NCBI GenBank assembly: GCA_910579435.1 | Contig: CAJTVF010000001.1 | Coordinates: 34,412-98,411 of the forward strand | Source: an uncultured Oscillibacter sp. | GTDB taxonomy: Bacteria > Bacillota > Clostridia > Oscillospirales > Oscillospiraceae | Length of the DNA: 64,000 bases | Reading direction: 5' to 3' | Part shown: positions 25,890 to 36,629 of the stretch, one piece after another | Layout of the letters: every line of letters begins with the position of its first letter | Numbering within the stretch: position 1 is the first letter of the stretch | Position numbers and translations under genes: made by a program | The notes under the pieces: generated by a model | Databases searched by the model: none | Told to the model about the DNA's origin: nothing | The model's input: only the letters and a program-made list of their open reading frames with translations

Positions 25890-26585
25890 TTAAAGTTTAC
25901 GGAGTGCGTCCACCAGAGCGGTTTTGCCTTCGGTCTTTTCGTCCTTCATCTTGATGACCCGGGCGGGGCTTCCCGCTACAACGGCGTTGTCGGGCACGTC
26001 CTCAATAACCACGGCCCCGGCGGCTACCACGGCGTTTTTGCCGATATGGACCCCCTCAATGACCACGGCGTTGGCGCCTACCAGCACCCCGTCCTCCACG
26101 ATGACGGGCGTGGCGGAGGCAGGCTCCACCACTCCGGCCAGCACGGCTCCCGCGCCGATGTGGCAGCGGGCCCCCACGGTGGCCCGGCCGCCCAGCACGG
26201 CCCCCATGTCAATCATGGTGCCCGGGCCCACCACGGCGCCGATGTTGATAACGGCCCCCATCATAATGACGGCGCCCTGGCCGATTTCCACCTTCTCCCG
26301 GATGATGGCGCCGGGCTCAATCCGGGCCTGGACGCCTTTCAGGTCCAGCAGGGGAACGCCGGAGTTCCGGCGGTCGTTTTCCACAACATAGTCGGTAACC
26401 TTATCCCGGCTGGCCTCCAGAATGGGGGCCAGCTCGGCCCAGTCGCCGAAAACCGTGAAGCTGTTCCCGGAGCCGAAGACTTTGGCGGAACCGAAGTCCA
26501 CGGGGCCGGTGGTGTTGATGTAGAGCTTCACCGGGGTCTTTTTTTCCGAGTTTGCGATATAGTCGATGATTTCCTGGGCGTTCAT
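25890..26585 (-). CDS. dapH: Tetrahydrodipicolinate N-acetyltransferase
   Basis: [10 protein letters not shown]...[25 protein letters not shown], hexapeptide repeats. Confidence 0.95.
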   Translation of the reverse strand: MNAQEIIDYIANSEKKTPVKLYINTTGPVDFGSAKVFGSGNSFTVFGDWAELAPILEASRDKVTDYVVENDRRNSGVPLLDLKGVQARIEPGAIIREKVEIGQGAVIMMGAVINIGAVVGPGTMIDMGAVLGGRATVGARCHIGAGAVLAGVVEPASATPVIVEDGVLVGANAVVIEGVHIGKNAVVAAGAVVIEDVPDNAVVAGSPARVIKMKDEKTEGKTALVDALRKL

Positions 26586-26612
26586 AAAAAACCTCCGTAA
26601 AAATGCTGGCTG

Positions 26613-26745
26613 CGCTGCCGCCGCATAGACTTGGTGTTAGTACAGGGTACATAGCGTGTTAACGTTCTTTTGGTTCCTTTGCCGCAAGCGGCTCTGAGGC
26701 TCTGCTGCTCATGCTCTGCATTCGCAAAGAGCCTCACATCTTTCA
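26613..26745 (-). repeat. Dispersed intergenic repeat, copy B (diverged)
   Basis: Minus strand AAAGGAACCAAAAGAAC ... GCGGCGGCAGCG with 56-nt offset; lies between dapB and dapH. Confidence 0.55.
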
Positions 26746-26756
26746 AGAAAAGGAAC

Positions 26757-27476
26757 TCACTCTCCGAATAAGATTTTTTGCAGGCTGTATACCCCGTTGG
26801 GCTTCCCTGGCAGCAGCCGGGCCATGTGCAGCGCGCCGTTGACGAAAATCTGGCGGCTGGCCGCCCGGTGGGTGAACTCCAGCTCCTCGTCGGGGCCGAA
26901 GAAGTGGACGGTGTGGGTCCCCGCCGCGGTGCCGCCCCGGAGGGCGTGGACGCCGATCTCCTCCTTCCGCCGCCGGCCGGTGGTTCCCTCCCGGCCATAG
27001 ACCGGCGTCAGGGCGTGGGCGGGGTCGATGGCCTCCAGCAGCAGCTTGGCGGTGCCGCTGGGGGCGTCGGCCTTCTGGTTGTGGTGGGTTTCCGTCAGCT
27101 CGATGTCAAAATCGGGCTTCAGCACCCCGGAGACCGCCGCCAGGGCCCGGTAGAGCACGGCGACGCCCAGGGAGAAGTTGGCGCTCCACAGCACCGGGGC
27201 GGAGGTCCCCAGGGCCTCGACCTGCCGGAGCTGCTCCGGGGTGAAGCCGGTAGTGCCGGAGAGCAGGGGGGTCCCGGTCCGGCGGACGTAGGAGGCGATT
27301 TCCGGCAGGGCCTCGGGCCGGGAGAAGTCGATGACCACGTCGGCCGCCCGGCCCAGCTTCCCCAGCCGGTCCAGGTCCTCCCGGCCGAAGGCGGCTTCGA
27401 TCTCGTCCCCGGCAGCCTGGGCGGTCTCCTGGATCAGGCGGCCCATTTTCCCCCGGCCGATCAGAATATACCTCAC
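26757..27476 (-). CDS. dapB: 4-hydroxy-tetrahydrodipicolinate reductase
   Basis: GRGKMG, IDFS.P, GTTG, SANFSLGV, ETHHNQKADAPSGTA. Confidence 0.95.
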   Translation of the reverse strand: MRYILIGRGKMGRLIQETAQAAGDEIEAAFGREDLDRLGKLGRAADVVIDFSRPEALPEIASYVRRTGTPLLSGTTGFTPEQLRQVEALGTSAPVLWSANFSLGVAVLYRALAAVSGVLKPDFDIELTETHHNQKADAPSGTAKLLLEAIDPAHALTPVYGREGTTGRRRKEEIGVHALRGGTAAGTHTVHFFGPDEELEFTHRAASRQIFVNGALHMARLLPGKPNGVYSLQKILFGE

Positions 27477-28360
27477 AGCAGTCCCGCCTCCTCCAGCATG
27501 GCCCGGAGGGCCTTCTGGTGCTCACCGCTCATCTCGCACAGGGGCAGGCGCATGGGGCCCGCGTTCAGGCCCATCATATTCATGGCGGACTTGACGGGAA
27601 TGGGATTCACCTCCATGAAGAGGCCGTTCATCAGCTCCAGGTATTTCAGCTGGTTCTCCAGGGCCCGGGCCTGGTTTCCGCCGGCGTAGTCCGCCACGAT
27701 TTGATGGCACATGCCGGGCATCACGTTGGCGAAGACGGAGATGACCCCGCTGCCGCCGATGCTCATCAGGGGCAGGGTGATATCGTCGTTGCCGGAGTAG
27801 AGGGCGAAGTCCGGGCCCACGCAGCGGGCGATCTTCATGGCGTAGGACATGTCTCCGCTGGCCTCCTTGATGCCGCAGATCTGAGGATGCCTGCTGAGCT
27901 GTTCCACCACGGAGACGGGGATGGAGCAGCCGGTGCGGCCCGGAACGTTGTAGAGGAGGCAGGGGATCTTCACCCGGTCCGCCGTATCGGCGAAGTGGCG
28001 GACCATGCCCTGGGGATTGGCCTTGTTGTAGTAGGGGGCGATAAGCAGCAGGGCGTCGGCCCCCATATCCTGGTATTCCACGCTCTTCTCGATTTGGGTG
28101 GCGGTGCAGTTGGAGCCGCTGCCCACGATGACGGGCACCCGGCCGTTCACCACCTTGACGGTGTGGGCTACCACGGAGGCGTCCTCCTCGTGGCTCATGG
28201 TGGGGTATTCTCCGGTGGTGCCCAGGGTGAGGATGCCGTCGGTCCCGGCGGCGATCTGCCGCTCCAGGAGTTCGGTGAGGACGTCGAAGTTGACGCTGCC
28301 GTCCTCGTGGAAGGGGGTAATCATGGCGACGATGGAGCCGGTGGGGTTGTTGAATTTCAT
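27473..28360 (-). CDS. dapA: 4-hydroxy-tetrahydrodipicolinate synthase
   Basis: GTTGE, APYYNK, LYNVPGRTG, IKEASG. Confidence 0.97.
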   Translation of the reverse strand: MKFNNPTGSIVAMITPFHEDGSVNFDVLTELLERQIAAGTDGILTLGTTGEYPTMSHEEDASVVAHTVKVVNGRVPVIVGSGSNCTATQIEKSVEYQDMGADALLLIAPYYNKANPQGMVRHFADTADRVKIPCLLYNVPGRTGCSIPVSVVEQLSRHPQICGIKEASGDMSYAMKIARCVGPDFALYSGNDDITLPLMSIGGSGVISVFANVMPGMCHQIVADYAGGNQARALENQLKYLELMNGLFMEVNPIPVKSAMNMMGLNAGPMRLPLCEMSGEHQKALRAMLEEAGLL

Positions 28361-28409
28361 TTGAGTGCCCTCCAGATGTTGATATAGTTGGGGGATGGCG
28401 GTTTCATAT

Positions 28410-28443
28410 AAAAAAAGCCGGTAGAGGCCGCGCTCCTACCGAC
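28410..28443 (-). terminator. Riboswitch-controlled terminator
   Basis: GTCGGTAGGAG/CTCTACCGGC stem followed by TTTTTTT on the minus strand. Confidence 0.8.
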
Positions 28444-28482
28444 AGGCTCCACGCCGGAAACGGCATGGCGGTTCTGTAAGCG

Positions 28483-28640
28483 GATAGCGCCCCCGCGGCG
28501 CATCGCCGCGGACAGTCCCGAAGGTCTTCCCGCCGGGCCCACCCTCCGCCCATGCCTGGGCGAAAGATTCGGCGGAGCTGCCTCCCTCGCGTTCCCAGCC
28601 TGCCGGCTCCCGCGACCTCATCGTCTCCGCGCCTCTATCT
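28483..28640 (-). ncRNA. Lysine riboswitch (L-box)
   Basis: Minus strand AGATAGAGGCGCG...ATGAG...GCCGAA...CTGTC...GGGGCGCTATC, upstream of dapA, followed by a terminator; promoter TTGCAA-17-TATGAT at about 28652-28680. Confidence 0.88.
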
Positions 28641-28779
28641 CATTTTTTGCTATCATATCATCTTCCAACCTCGGTTGCAAGGGGGTAGGCGGAAAAAACT
28701 CTTGTGGAAACCGACAAAAACACTGCTGGCCCTTGCCTCCCGCCAACAAGGCGTGTTATATTAGAAAGCGCTGAATATC

Positions 28780-29907
28780 ATGGAAAAAGAAGGAGGCAAC
28801 GCCATGCTGTCCGTTGTCGAGTACCGCCGCGCCCTGCACCGTATCCCCGAGCTGGACGACCGTCTGCCGGAGACCTGCGCCTATGTCCGTTCCGCCCTGG
28901 CCAGCTTTGAGCTGGAGGCGTTTTCCCCCATTCCCTCCAGTGTCTGCGCCTTCCTGGACGCGGGAAAGCCGGAGACCGCGGCCTTCCGGGCGGATATGGA
29001 CGCACTGCCCATTGAAGAGGCCACCGGCCTGGCCTTTTCCTCCGGAAATACCGGGGCCATGCACGCCTGCGGCCACGACGGAAACACCGCCATGGCCCTG
29101 GCCCTGGCGGAGTACGCCGCTTCCCACCGGGAAGCGCTGCCCCGGAACGTGCTCTTTCTCTTCCAGCCCTCCGAGGAGACCACCGGCGGCGCGGAGCGGC
29201 TCTGCGAAACCGGTATTTTGGAGCAGTACCACGCGGCCCGGGTGTTCGCCATGCATCTGTGGCCCAAGCTGGAGCAGGGGAGGGTCTATTGCCGCCCCGG
29301 CCCCATCATGGCCCGGTCCAACGAGGTAACGGTGACCCTCACCGGCAAAAGCGTCCACATCGGCAAGGCAGAGGAGGGGATCGACGCCTTGGCGGCGGGA
29401 GCGGAGTATCTCCGCCGGGCCTATGCCATGGCGGGGACCCTGCCGGGAGAAGAGCCGGTGGTTCTGCGCTTTGGGAAGATGGTCTCCGGCACGGTGCGGA
29501 ACGCCGTCAGCGGGAAGACCGTGCTGGAGGGGAGCCTCCGCACCTTCCGGGACGAGACCCAGGTTCTCTGCCGCCAGGGGCTGGAGCGGATCGGGCGGGA
29601 GATCGCGTCGGAGACCGGCTGCGGCGTGAAGGTTTATTTAAACGAGGGCTACCCCGCCGTCTGGAACCATGAGGGGCTTTATGAGACGGTCCGCTCCGGG
29701 CTGGGGGAGGCCGCGCCCCTGCCGCTGGAGGCCCCCACCCTGACGGCGGAGGATTTCTCCTTCTACCAGCGGCGGGTCCCGGGCCTGTTCTTCCTGCTGG
29801 GGGTAGGCGGCACGCCGGAGCTCCACTCCCCGGAGTTCTGCTTCGACGACGAGACGGTGCTTCCCAAGGGCGTGGAATTTTTAAAGCGTCTGCTCCTGCT
29901 GGCGTAG
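28780..29907 (+). CDS. dapL: M20 amidohydrolase, probable N-acetyldiaminopimelate deacetylase
   Basis: LHRIPE, FRADMDALP, MHACGHDG, FQPSEE, AEDF motifs; divergent from dapABH. Confidence 0.75.
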   Translation: MEKEGGNAMLSVVEYRRALHRIPELDDRLPETCAYVRSALASFELEAFSPIPSSVCAFLDAGKPETAAFRADMDALPIEEATGLAFSSGNTGAMHACGHDGNTAMALALAEYAASHREALPRNVLFLFQPSEETTGGAERLCETGILEQYHAARVFAMHLWPKLEQGRVYCRPGPIMARSNEVTVTLTGKSVHIGKAEEGIDALAAGAEYLRRAYAMAGTLPGEEPVVLRFGKMVSGTVRNAVSGKTVLEGSLRTFRDETQVLCRQGLERIGREIASETGCGVKVYLNEGYPAVWNHEGLYETVRSGLGEAAPLPLEAPTLTAEDFSFYQRRVPGLFFLLGVGGTPELHSPEFCFDDETVLPKGVEFLKRLLLLA

Positions 29908-30054
29908 GCTGCGGGAGGCGCTCTAAGGCGCCGGCAAAACGGATACAAAGAACCAGGGCAGGACCGCCGGCACTCGGCAGTCCTGCCCTGGATTTTGTCA
30001 GGCTGTAAAAGGGCGGCGCTTCACGCTGGCGCGGTGAAACCCGGGGAAAGGCGC

Positions 30055-31572
30055 TTACTGTACGATCAGGGTCTTTCCGTCCATCTCCGGCGGGCAGGCC
30101 AGGCCCATCACATCCAGCATGGTCGGCGCGATATCCGCCAGCCGTCCGTCCGCCCGCAGCTCGGACCCCGCGCCGCAGAGGATAAAGGGCACGGGATTGG
30201 TGGTGTGGGCGGTCATGGGGCTTCCGTCGGGCTCCACCATTTGCTCCGCGTTTCCGTGGTCGGCGGTGATCATGGCAATACCGCCCATTTTCAAGGTGGC
30301 GTCCACCACCTTGCCTACGCAGGTATCCACGGTCTCCACGGCCTTGACGGCGGCGTCGAATACGCCGGTGTGGCCCACCATGTCGCAGTTGGCAAAGTTC
30401 AGGATGATGACGTCATAGGCCCCGGACTCGATGCGCTCCACGCACTTTTCGCAAACCTCCGGGGCGCTCATTTCCGGCTGGAGGTCATAGGTAGCCACCT
30501 TGGGGGAGGGAATCAGCACCCGGTCCTCGCCCGGGAAAACGGTCTCGCTGCCGCCGTTGAAGAAGAAGGTCACGTGGGCGTACTTCTCCGTTTCGGCAAT
30601 GCGGAGCTGGGTCATGCCCATTTTGCTGAGGTACTCGCCCAAGCCGTTGTTCACCAGCACCCGGGGGAAGGCCACCTCCACGTTGGGCATGGAGGCGTCA
30701 TACTCCGTGTTGCAGACAAAGGCCAGGGGGAAAATCTGCCGGGTAAAGCCGTCGAATTCCGGGTCCACCAGGGCCCGGGTGATCTCCCGGGCCCGGTCAG
30801 GGCGGAAGTTGAAGAAGATTACGCTGTCGTTGTCGGAAATGGACCCGTCGGCGTCGCAGACCACAGGCTCCACAAACTCGTCGGTGACGCCCTTTTCATA
30901 GGATTTCTTCACCGCGTCCACAGGGTCCGGATTGTTGATGGGGCTCTCGCCGTAGACCATGGCGTCATAGGCCTGCTCCACCCGGTCCCAGCGCTTGTCC
31001 CGGTCCATGGCATAGTAACGGCCCATGACCGTGGCGATCTTGCCCACGCCGATTTCCTCGCACTTGGCGGCGGTTTGGGCGACAAAGCCCGCGCCGGAGG
31101 TGGGGGACACGTCCCGCCCGTCCAGGAAGGCGTGGATATAGACCCGGGTGAGCCCCTTGTCCTTCGCCATTTTCAGCAGGGCGAAGAGGTGGGTCAGGTG
31201 GGAGTGAACGCCGCCGTCGGACAAAAGCCCGAACAGGTGCAGGGCAGAGCCCTTTTCCAGGCACGCGTCCATGGCGTGGAGATAGGCGGGGTTCTGAAAG
31301 AAGCTGCCGTCCTCGATGGCCCGGGTGATGCGGGGCAGGTCCTGGAAGACCACCCGGCCGCCACCGATGTTGGTGTGGCCCACCTCGCTGTTGCCCATCT
31401 GCCCGTCGGGCAGGCCCACGTCCAGCCCGGAGGCGGAGAGGGTGGTGTGGGCGAACTCCTGGAAGAACTTGTCCAGCCGGGGCGTTTTCGCGGTTTTGAC
31501 GGCGTTTCCCGTCTCGCCGCCGCCGGTGCCGAAGCCATCCATGATGATTAAAGTAGTCGGTGTTTTGTTCAT
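30055..31572 (-). CDS. gpmI: 2,3-bisphosphoglycerate-independent phosphoglycerate mutase
   Basis: IIMDG, GQMGNSEVGH, AETEKYAHVTFFFNGG, TADHGNAE. Confidence 0.98.
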   Translation of the reverse strand: MNKTPTTLIIMDGFGTGGGETGNAVKTAKTPRLDKFFQEFAHTTLSASGLDVGLPDGQMGNSEVGHTNIGGGRVVFQDLPRITRAIEDGSFFQNPAYLHAMDACLEKGSALHLFGLLSDGGVHSHLTHLFALLKMAKDKGLTRVYIHAFLDGRDVSPTSGAGFVAQTAAKCEEIGVGKIATVMGRYYAMDRDKRWDRVEQAYDAMVYGESPINNPDPVDAVKKSYEKGVTDEFVEPVVCDADGSISDNDSVIFFNFRPDRAREITRALVDPEFDGFTRQIFPLAFVCNTEYDASMPNVEVAFPRVLVNNGLGEYLSKMGMTQLRIAETEKYAHVTFFFNGGSETVFPGEDRVLIPSPKVATYDLQPEMSAPEVCEKCVERIESGAYDVIILNFANCDMVGHTGVFDAAVKAVETVDTCVGKVVDATLKMGGIAMITADHGNAEQMVEPDGSPMTAHTTNPVPFILCGAGSELRADGRLADIAPTMLDVMGLACPPEMDGKTLIVQ

Positions 31573-31589
31573 TAAAAGCTCCTCCTCAT

Positions 31590-31781
31590 GGGAGAATTGA
31601 AATCATTTTCGTGACGGCATGCGCGTCACGGAAATTCCTGGCCCCAGCCGCCTTGCCCCCGCAGGGGGGGATCCGGCATCCGGAAAGCGGCAAAGCCGCT
31701 AACGGCTGTCCGAGGCGGCATCAGTCCAAGGACTGATGGCGGGGGAGGCCGGGGGGGAGCCTGCTCCCCCCCGAAATTCCA
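31590..31781. repeat. Hairpin-rich REP-like intergenic element between tpiA and gpmI
   Basis: Four stacked hairpins, e.g. TTTCGTGACG/CGTCACGGAAA, CATCAGTCC/GGACTGATG, GGGGGGGAG/CTCCCCCCC. Confidence 0.4.
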
Positions 31782-32555
<774 letters not shown>

Positions 32556-32719
32556 GATGTTCAAAACTCCTTTATATTTATGTTTTCGCAATGGCGGGCG
32601 GAAGGGCCCGTGAGAAAGCTGAAAAGCAATCAACTATTATATAGCCGAATTAGGGGGAAATGTCAAGGGCGTCAAGGACTTTTCCTGAACTTTTTTCCCT
32701 CAAACCGGCGGAAAGGCCC

Positions 32720-33988
32720 TTACTTGTCCAGCAGGCACGCCACGCCGGGCAGCTCCTTGCCCTCCAGGAATTCCAGGGAGGCGCCGCCGCCGGTGGAGAT
32801 ATGGCTCATCTTATCGGCGTAGCCCAGCTGCTCAACCGCCGCCGCGCTGTCTCCGCCGCCGATGACGGTGATGGCGGAGGTCTTGCTCAGGGCCTCCGCC
32901 ATGGCCTCGGTGCCCTTGGCGAAGGCGGGGAACTCAAACACGCCCATGGGGCCGTTCCAGATGACGGTACCCGCGCCGGCCACGGCGTCACAATAGAGCT
33001 TCACGGTCTCAGGCCCGATGTCCAGGCCCTCCCAGCCGTCGGGGATCTCGCCGCCCTTGACAATCTGGCTCTTGGCGTCGGGAGCGAATTTGTCGCCGCA
33101 GACGGTGTCCACCGGCAGGAGGAACTTCACGCCCTTGGCCGCGGCCTTGGCGATCATCTCCTTGGAATAGTCTATCCAGTCGGCCTCCAGCAGGCTGTCG
33201 CCCACCTTGCCGCCCTGGGCGGCGGAGAAGGTGTAGGACATTCCGCCGCCGATGATGATGGTGTCCGCAATCTCCAGCAGGTTGTTGATGACGCCGATCT
33301 TGGATGAGACCTTGGCCCCGCCCAGGATGGCCACCAGAGGCCGCTTGGGATTGGCGATGGCGCCGCCCAGGAAGTCCAGCTCCTTCTGGATCAGGAAGCC
33401 GGAGACGGCGGGCAGGTAGGCCGCCACGCCGGCGGTGGAGGCGTGGGCCCGGTGCACCGCGCCGAAGGCGTCGGAGACGTAGATCTCCGCCATGGAGGCC
33501 ATAGCCTTGGCCAGCTCCGGGTCGTTCTTGGTCTCGCCCTTTTCAAAACGGGTGTTCTCCAGCAGCAGAATCTCGCCGGGCTTCAGGGCGGCGGCCTTGG
33601 CCCTGGCGTCCTCGCCCACCACGTCGGCGGCTATGGAGACGGGCTTGCCCAGCAGCTCGCCCAGGCGCTTGGCCACGGGGGCCAGGCTCAGCTTTGCCAG
33701 GGACTTCTTCCACGCCTCCTCGGTGAGGGAGGCAGGGTCTTTTCCTTTTTCGGTCTGCTTCTTCACCCACTTGTCAAAGCTGGCCTCAGGCTTGCCCAGG
33801 TGAGAGCAGGCGATGACGGCGGCGTTGTTCTCCAGCAGATATTGAATCGTGGGCAGAGCGGACACGATGCGCTTGTCGCTGGTGATGGCGCCGGTCTCCT
33901 TGTCCTGGGGGACGTTGAAGTCGCAGCGCAGCAGCACCTTTTTGCCGGATACTTCCACATCTTTGACGGTTTTCTTGCTGTAATTCAT
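32720..33988 (-). CDS. pgk: Phosphoglycerate kinase
   Basis: [50 protein letters not shown]. Confidence 0.98.
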   Translation of the reverse strand: MNYSKKTVKDVEVSGKKVLLRCDFNVPQDKETGAITSDKRIVSALPTIQYLLENNAAVIACSHLGKPEASFDKWVKKQTEKGKDPASLTEEAWKKSLAKLSLAPVAKRLGELLGKPVSIAADVVGEDARAKAAALKPGEILLLENTRFEKGETKNDPELAKAMASMAEIYVSDAFGAVHRAHASTAGVAAYLPAVSGFLIQKELDFLGGAIANPKRPLVAILGGAKVSSKIGVINNLLEIADTIIIGGGMSYTFSAAQGGKVGDSLLEADWIDYSKEMIAKAAAKGVKFLLPVDTVCGDKFAPDAKSQIVKGGEIPDGWEGLDIGPETVKLYCDAVAGAGTVIWNGPMGVFEFPAFAKGTEAMAEALSKTSAITVIGGGDSAAAVEQLGYADKMSHISTGGGASLEFLEGKELPGVACLLDK

Positions 33989-34012
33989 ATCAGGACTCCT
34001 CCTAAAAAGAAC

Positions 34013-34546
34013 TTATTTCTCGGCGCGAACGCCGGTTGAAACATCATCGAGGGCCATTTCCCCCGTGCCCAGCAGGCCGGGGAAGCCGTTTTGCCGCAGG
34101 GCCTCATACACGCAGACGGCCACGGCGTTGCTCAGGTTCAGGCTCCTGGCCCCGCCCGCCATGGGCAGGCGGACGCAGCGGTCCCGGAACCTCTCCCGGA
34201 AGGGGAGGGGCAGTCCGGCGGTCTCCTTGCCGAAAAAGAGCCAGCTGTCCGCCGTGAACGCCGCCCCGGCGTATGGCCGGGGGGCCTTGGTGGTAGCGAG
34301 CCAGAGATCCCGCGCGGCCTCGGGATGGCGGCGGAACAGGTCCTCCAGGCTTTCATAGTCGGTAACCTCCACCAGGTGCCAGTAGTCCAGGCCGCAGCGC
34401 TTCATATTCCGCCGGATGGCGGACTGGGAGATGTCGAAGCCCAGGGGGCGGATCAGGTGAAGGCTGGAGCCGGTGGCGGCGCAGGTGCGGGCGATGTTCC
34501 CGCAGTTCTGGGGGATCTCCGGCTCTACCAGCACGACGTGCAGCAT
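34013..34546 (-). CDS. trmL: tRNA (cytidine/uridine-34 2'-O)-methyltransferase
   Basis: VLVEPEIPQNCGNIARTCA, GLDYW, FGKETAGLP, RSLNLSN. Confidence 0.95.
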   Translation of the reverse strand: MLHVVLVEPEIPQNCGNIARTCAATGSSLHLIRPLGFDISQSAIRRNMKRCGLDYWHLVEVTDYESLEDLFRRHPEAARDLWLATTKAPRPYAGAAFTADSWLFFGKETAGLPLPFRERFRDRCVRLPMAGGARSLNLSNAVAVCVYEALRQNGFPGLLGTGEMALDDVSTGVRAEK

Positions 34547-34876
34547 GACCTCCGGCCTCGCTTTCTCTACAGATTCTTTGGAATGGTATTATTGTAATCC
34601 ATTACCTGGACAAATTCAACTATATTCTTTGCAGAAATTGCATTTTTGAGTAAAACGTACCAGTGGAAAAAATCAAATTCTGCGAAACGACGAAAAATTT
34701 GGGGAGAAGCAGGGGCTTTTTTTCCGTTTTCCGTAGGCTCTGACAAAAACGAACAAGAAAAAGGAAAAGATTTGGAAAAAATTTTAGAGACAAATTCAAA
34801 GGAACCACTGGATTTTCCCCAAAAATTTGATATAATGTACTTACCTTTAGTAAAAATATGCAAAGGAGGGACGCTT

Positions 34877-35365
34877 ATGAGATGCCTGGAGAGGGCTGTT
34901 TTGATGTTTGAGGAAGATGCCGCCGTCCCGGCGGGCTTGAAGCCGCTGATGCTGGAAACCGTGCTGTCCCGTCCCATCCTGTCCTGGGTATGCGACCGAT
35001 TGCGGGCCGAAGGCGTTCAGCGGCTTTTCGCTGTCTGCGGGCCCCGGTTCGCGGAGGAGGCCCGCGGGCTCCTGCCCCCAGAGGCGCAGGTTTCCGAGCA
35101 GTGGACGGAGCTGGAGGCGTTTTTGGATACGGACGAGCCGGTGCTGGTGCTCCCCCGGGCCGCGTTCCCCATGGAGCAGGCCGGGCCGGGCTTTGCCTAC
35201 GCCGCCCCGGGCCGGGAGCTTCGGGAGATCTGGCGGGTGAAGATGACCAACAGCGTGCAGGGGGCGGAGCTGGTTTCCGGCTGGCTGCCGGTCTACGGGC
35301 CGGAGACCGTGGCGGAGATCGAGGCGCTGCTGCGGCCGGAAAAGGCCCCGGAAGGGAGCCGGTAA
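34877..35365 (+). CDS. Degenerate GlmU-like nucleotidyltransferase-fold protein (162 aa)
   Basis: Occupies the glmU position before prs; KPLMLETVLSRPILSWVCDRLRAEGVQRLFAVCG echoes the GlmU N-domain; RBS AAGGAGG. Confidence 0.6.
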   Translation: MRCLERAVLMFEEDAAVPAGLKPLMLETVLSRPILSWVCDRLRAEGVQRLFAVCGPRFAEEARGLLPPEAQVSEQWTELEAFLDTDEPVLVLPRAAFPMEQAGPGFAYAAPGRELREIWRVKMTNSVQGAELVSGWLPVYGPETVAEIEALLRPEKAPEGSR

Positions 35366-35453
35366 GGGAGCGGAGTGAATTCGTCCGGCCCGCTGGCGCG
35401 GCTGGACAAAAAATAAAATGACCGACCGGTCATGGAAAGAGAGCGTTTAGGAT

Positions 35454-36410
35454 ATGATTTCACACGGGAAAGACATCAAGGTGTTCTCCGGCAACGCGAA
35501 CCTGAAGCTGGCGAAGGAAATCTGCGCACAGATGGGCACGAAGCTGGGAGAGGCCGAGGTCGGCGCCTTTTCCGACGGCGAGGTGTTCGTCTCCCTGTAT
35601 GAGACCGTCCGGGGCAGCGACGTTTTCGTGGTCCAGCCCACCTGCAGCCCGGTCAATAACAACCTGATGGAGCTGCTGATCATCATCGACGCCCTGAAGC
35701 GGGCCTCGGCGGGCCGGATCACCGCCGTCATACCTTATTACGGCTATGCCCGCCAGGACCGGAAGGCCAAGGCCCGGGACCCCATCACCGCCAAGCTGGC
35801 GGCCAACATGATCACCGCCGCCGGGGCGGACCGGGTGCTGACCATGGACCTCCACGCCGCCCAGATCCAGGGCTTCTTCGATATCCCGGTGGACAATCTG
35901 GCAGGCAATCCCATCTTCGTGGACTACTACGCCAAGAAGTTCGGCGGCAGCTGCGAGGACATGGTGGTGGTGTCCCCGGACGTGGGCTCCGTCTCCCGGG
36001 CCCGGGCCTTTGCCCAGAAGCTGCACATGCAGCTGGCCATCGTGGATAAGCGCCGCCAGCGGGCCAACCAGTGCGAGGTCATGAACGTCATCGGCGACGT
36101 GGAGGGCCGGGACTGCATCCTCTTCGACGACCTGGTGGACACCGGCGGGTCCCTCTGCAACGCCGCCCAGGCTCTGATGGAGAACGGGGCCCGCAGCGTC
36201 CACGCCTGCGCCTCCCACGGGGTGCTCTCCGGCCCGGCCATCGACCGGATCAACGCCAGCCCCATTCAGGAGCTGGCCCTGCTGGACACCATCCCGGCCA
36301 TCAAGCCGGAGCTGAGCGCGAAGATCAAGTATCTTTCTGTGGCCCCCATGTTCTGCGAGGCCATTGAGCGCATCTATCAGGAGGTTTCCATCTCCAAGCT
36401 GTTCCGCTGA
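35454..36410 (+). CDS. prs: Ribose-phosphate pyrophosphokinase
   Basis: FSDGE, PYYGYARQDRK, DLHAAQIQGFF, VVVSPDVG, DDLVDTGGS. Confidence 0.98.
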   Translation: MISHGKDIKVFSGNANLKLAKEICAQMGTKLGEAEVGAFSDGEVFVSLYETVRGSDVFVVQPTCSPVNNNLMELLIIIDALKRASAGRITAVIPYYGYARQDRKAKARDPITAKLAANMITAAGADRVLTMDLHAAQIQGFFDIPVDNLAGNPIFVDYYAKKFGGSCEDMVVVSPDVGSVSRARAFAQKLHMQLAIVDKRRQRANQCEVMNVIGDVEGRDCILFDDLVDTGGSLCNAAQALMENGARSVHACASHGVLSGPAIDRINASPIQELALLDTIPAIKPELSAKIKYLSVAPMFCEAIERIYQEVSISKLFR

Positions 36411-36429
36411 GGCCCCTTTCCCGAGAGAA

Positions 36430-36497
36430 AAAGGACCCAAAGGGAACCTTGTGCGCTCCATGCCTGGCGCTTCTCCCGGCGTTCCGCACGATGGCGG
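36430..36497 (+). repeat. Dispersed intergenic repeat, copy C (degenerate)
   Basis: AAAGGACCCAAAGGGAAC...CGCTC..GCCTGG just after the prs stop. Confidence 0.45.
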
Positions 36498-36629
36498 AGA
36501 CGGTGGGGCGGGGGGAGGGCTCCATCCATACGGATAAGGCCATACAAGGCGGGGAAGTGCTACTTCCCCGCCTAAGTGGGTTATTCGGATTTGTCGAATC
36601 TTTTGTTAAAGTGGAAAGGCGGGACCGAT

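Noticed and set aside
34646-34876. ORF-track N-terminal extension of the GlmU-like gene in an AT-rich stretch
   Set aside because: The region holds divergent promoters, and the strong RBS precedes ATG 34877.
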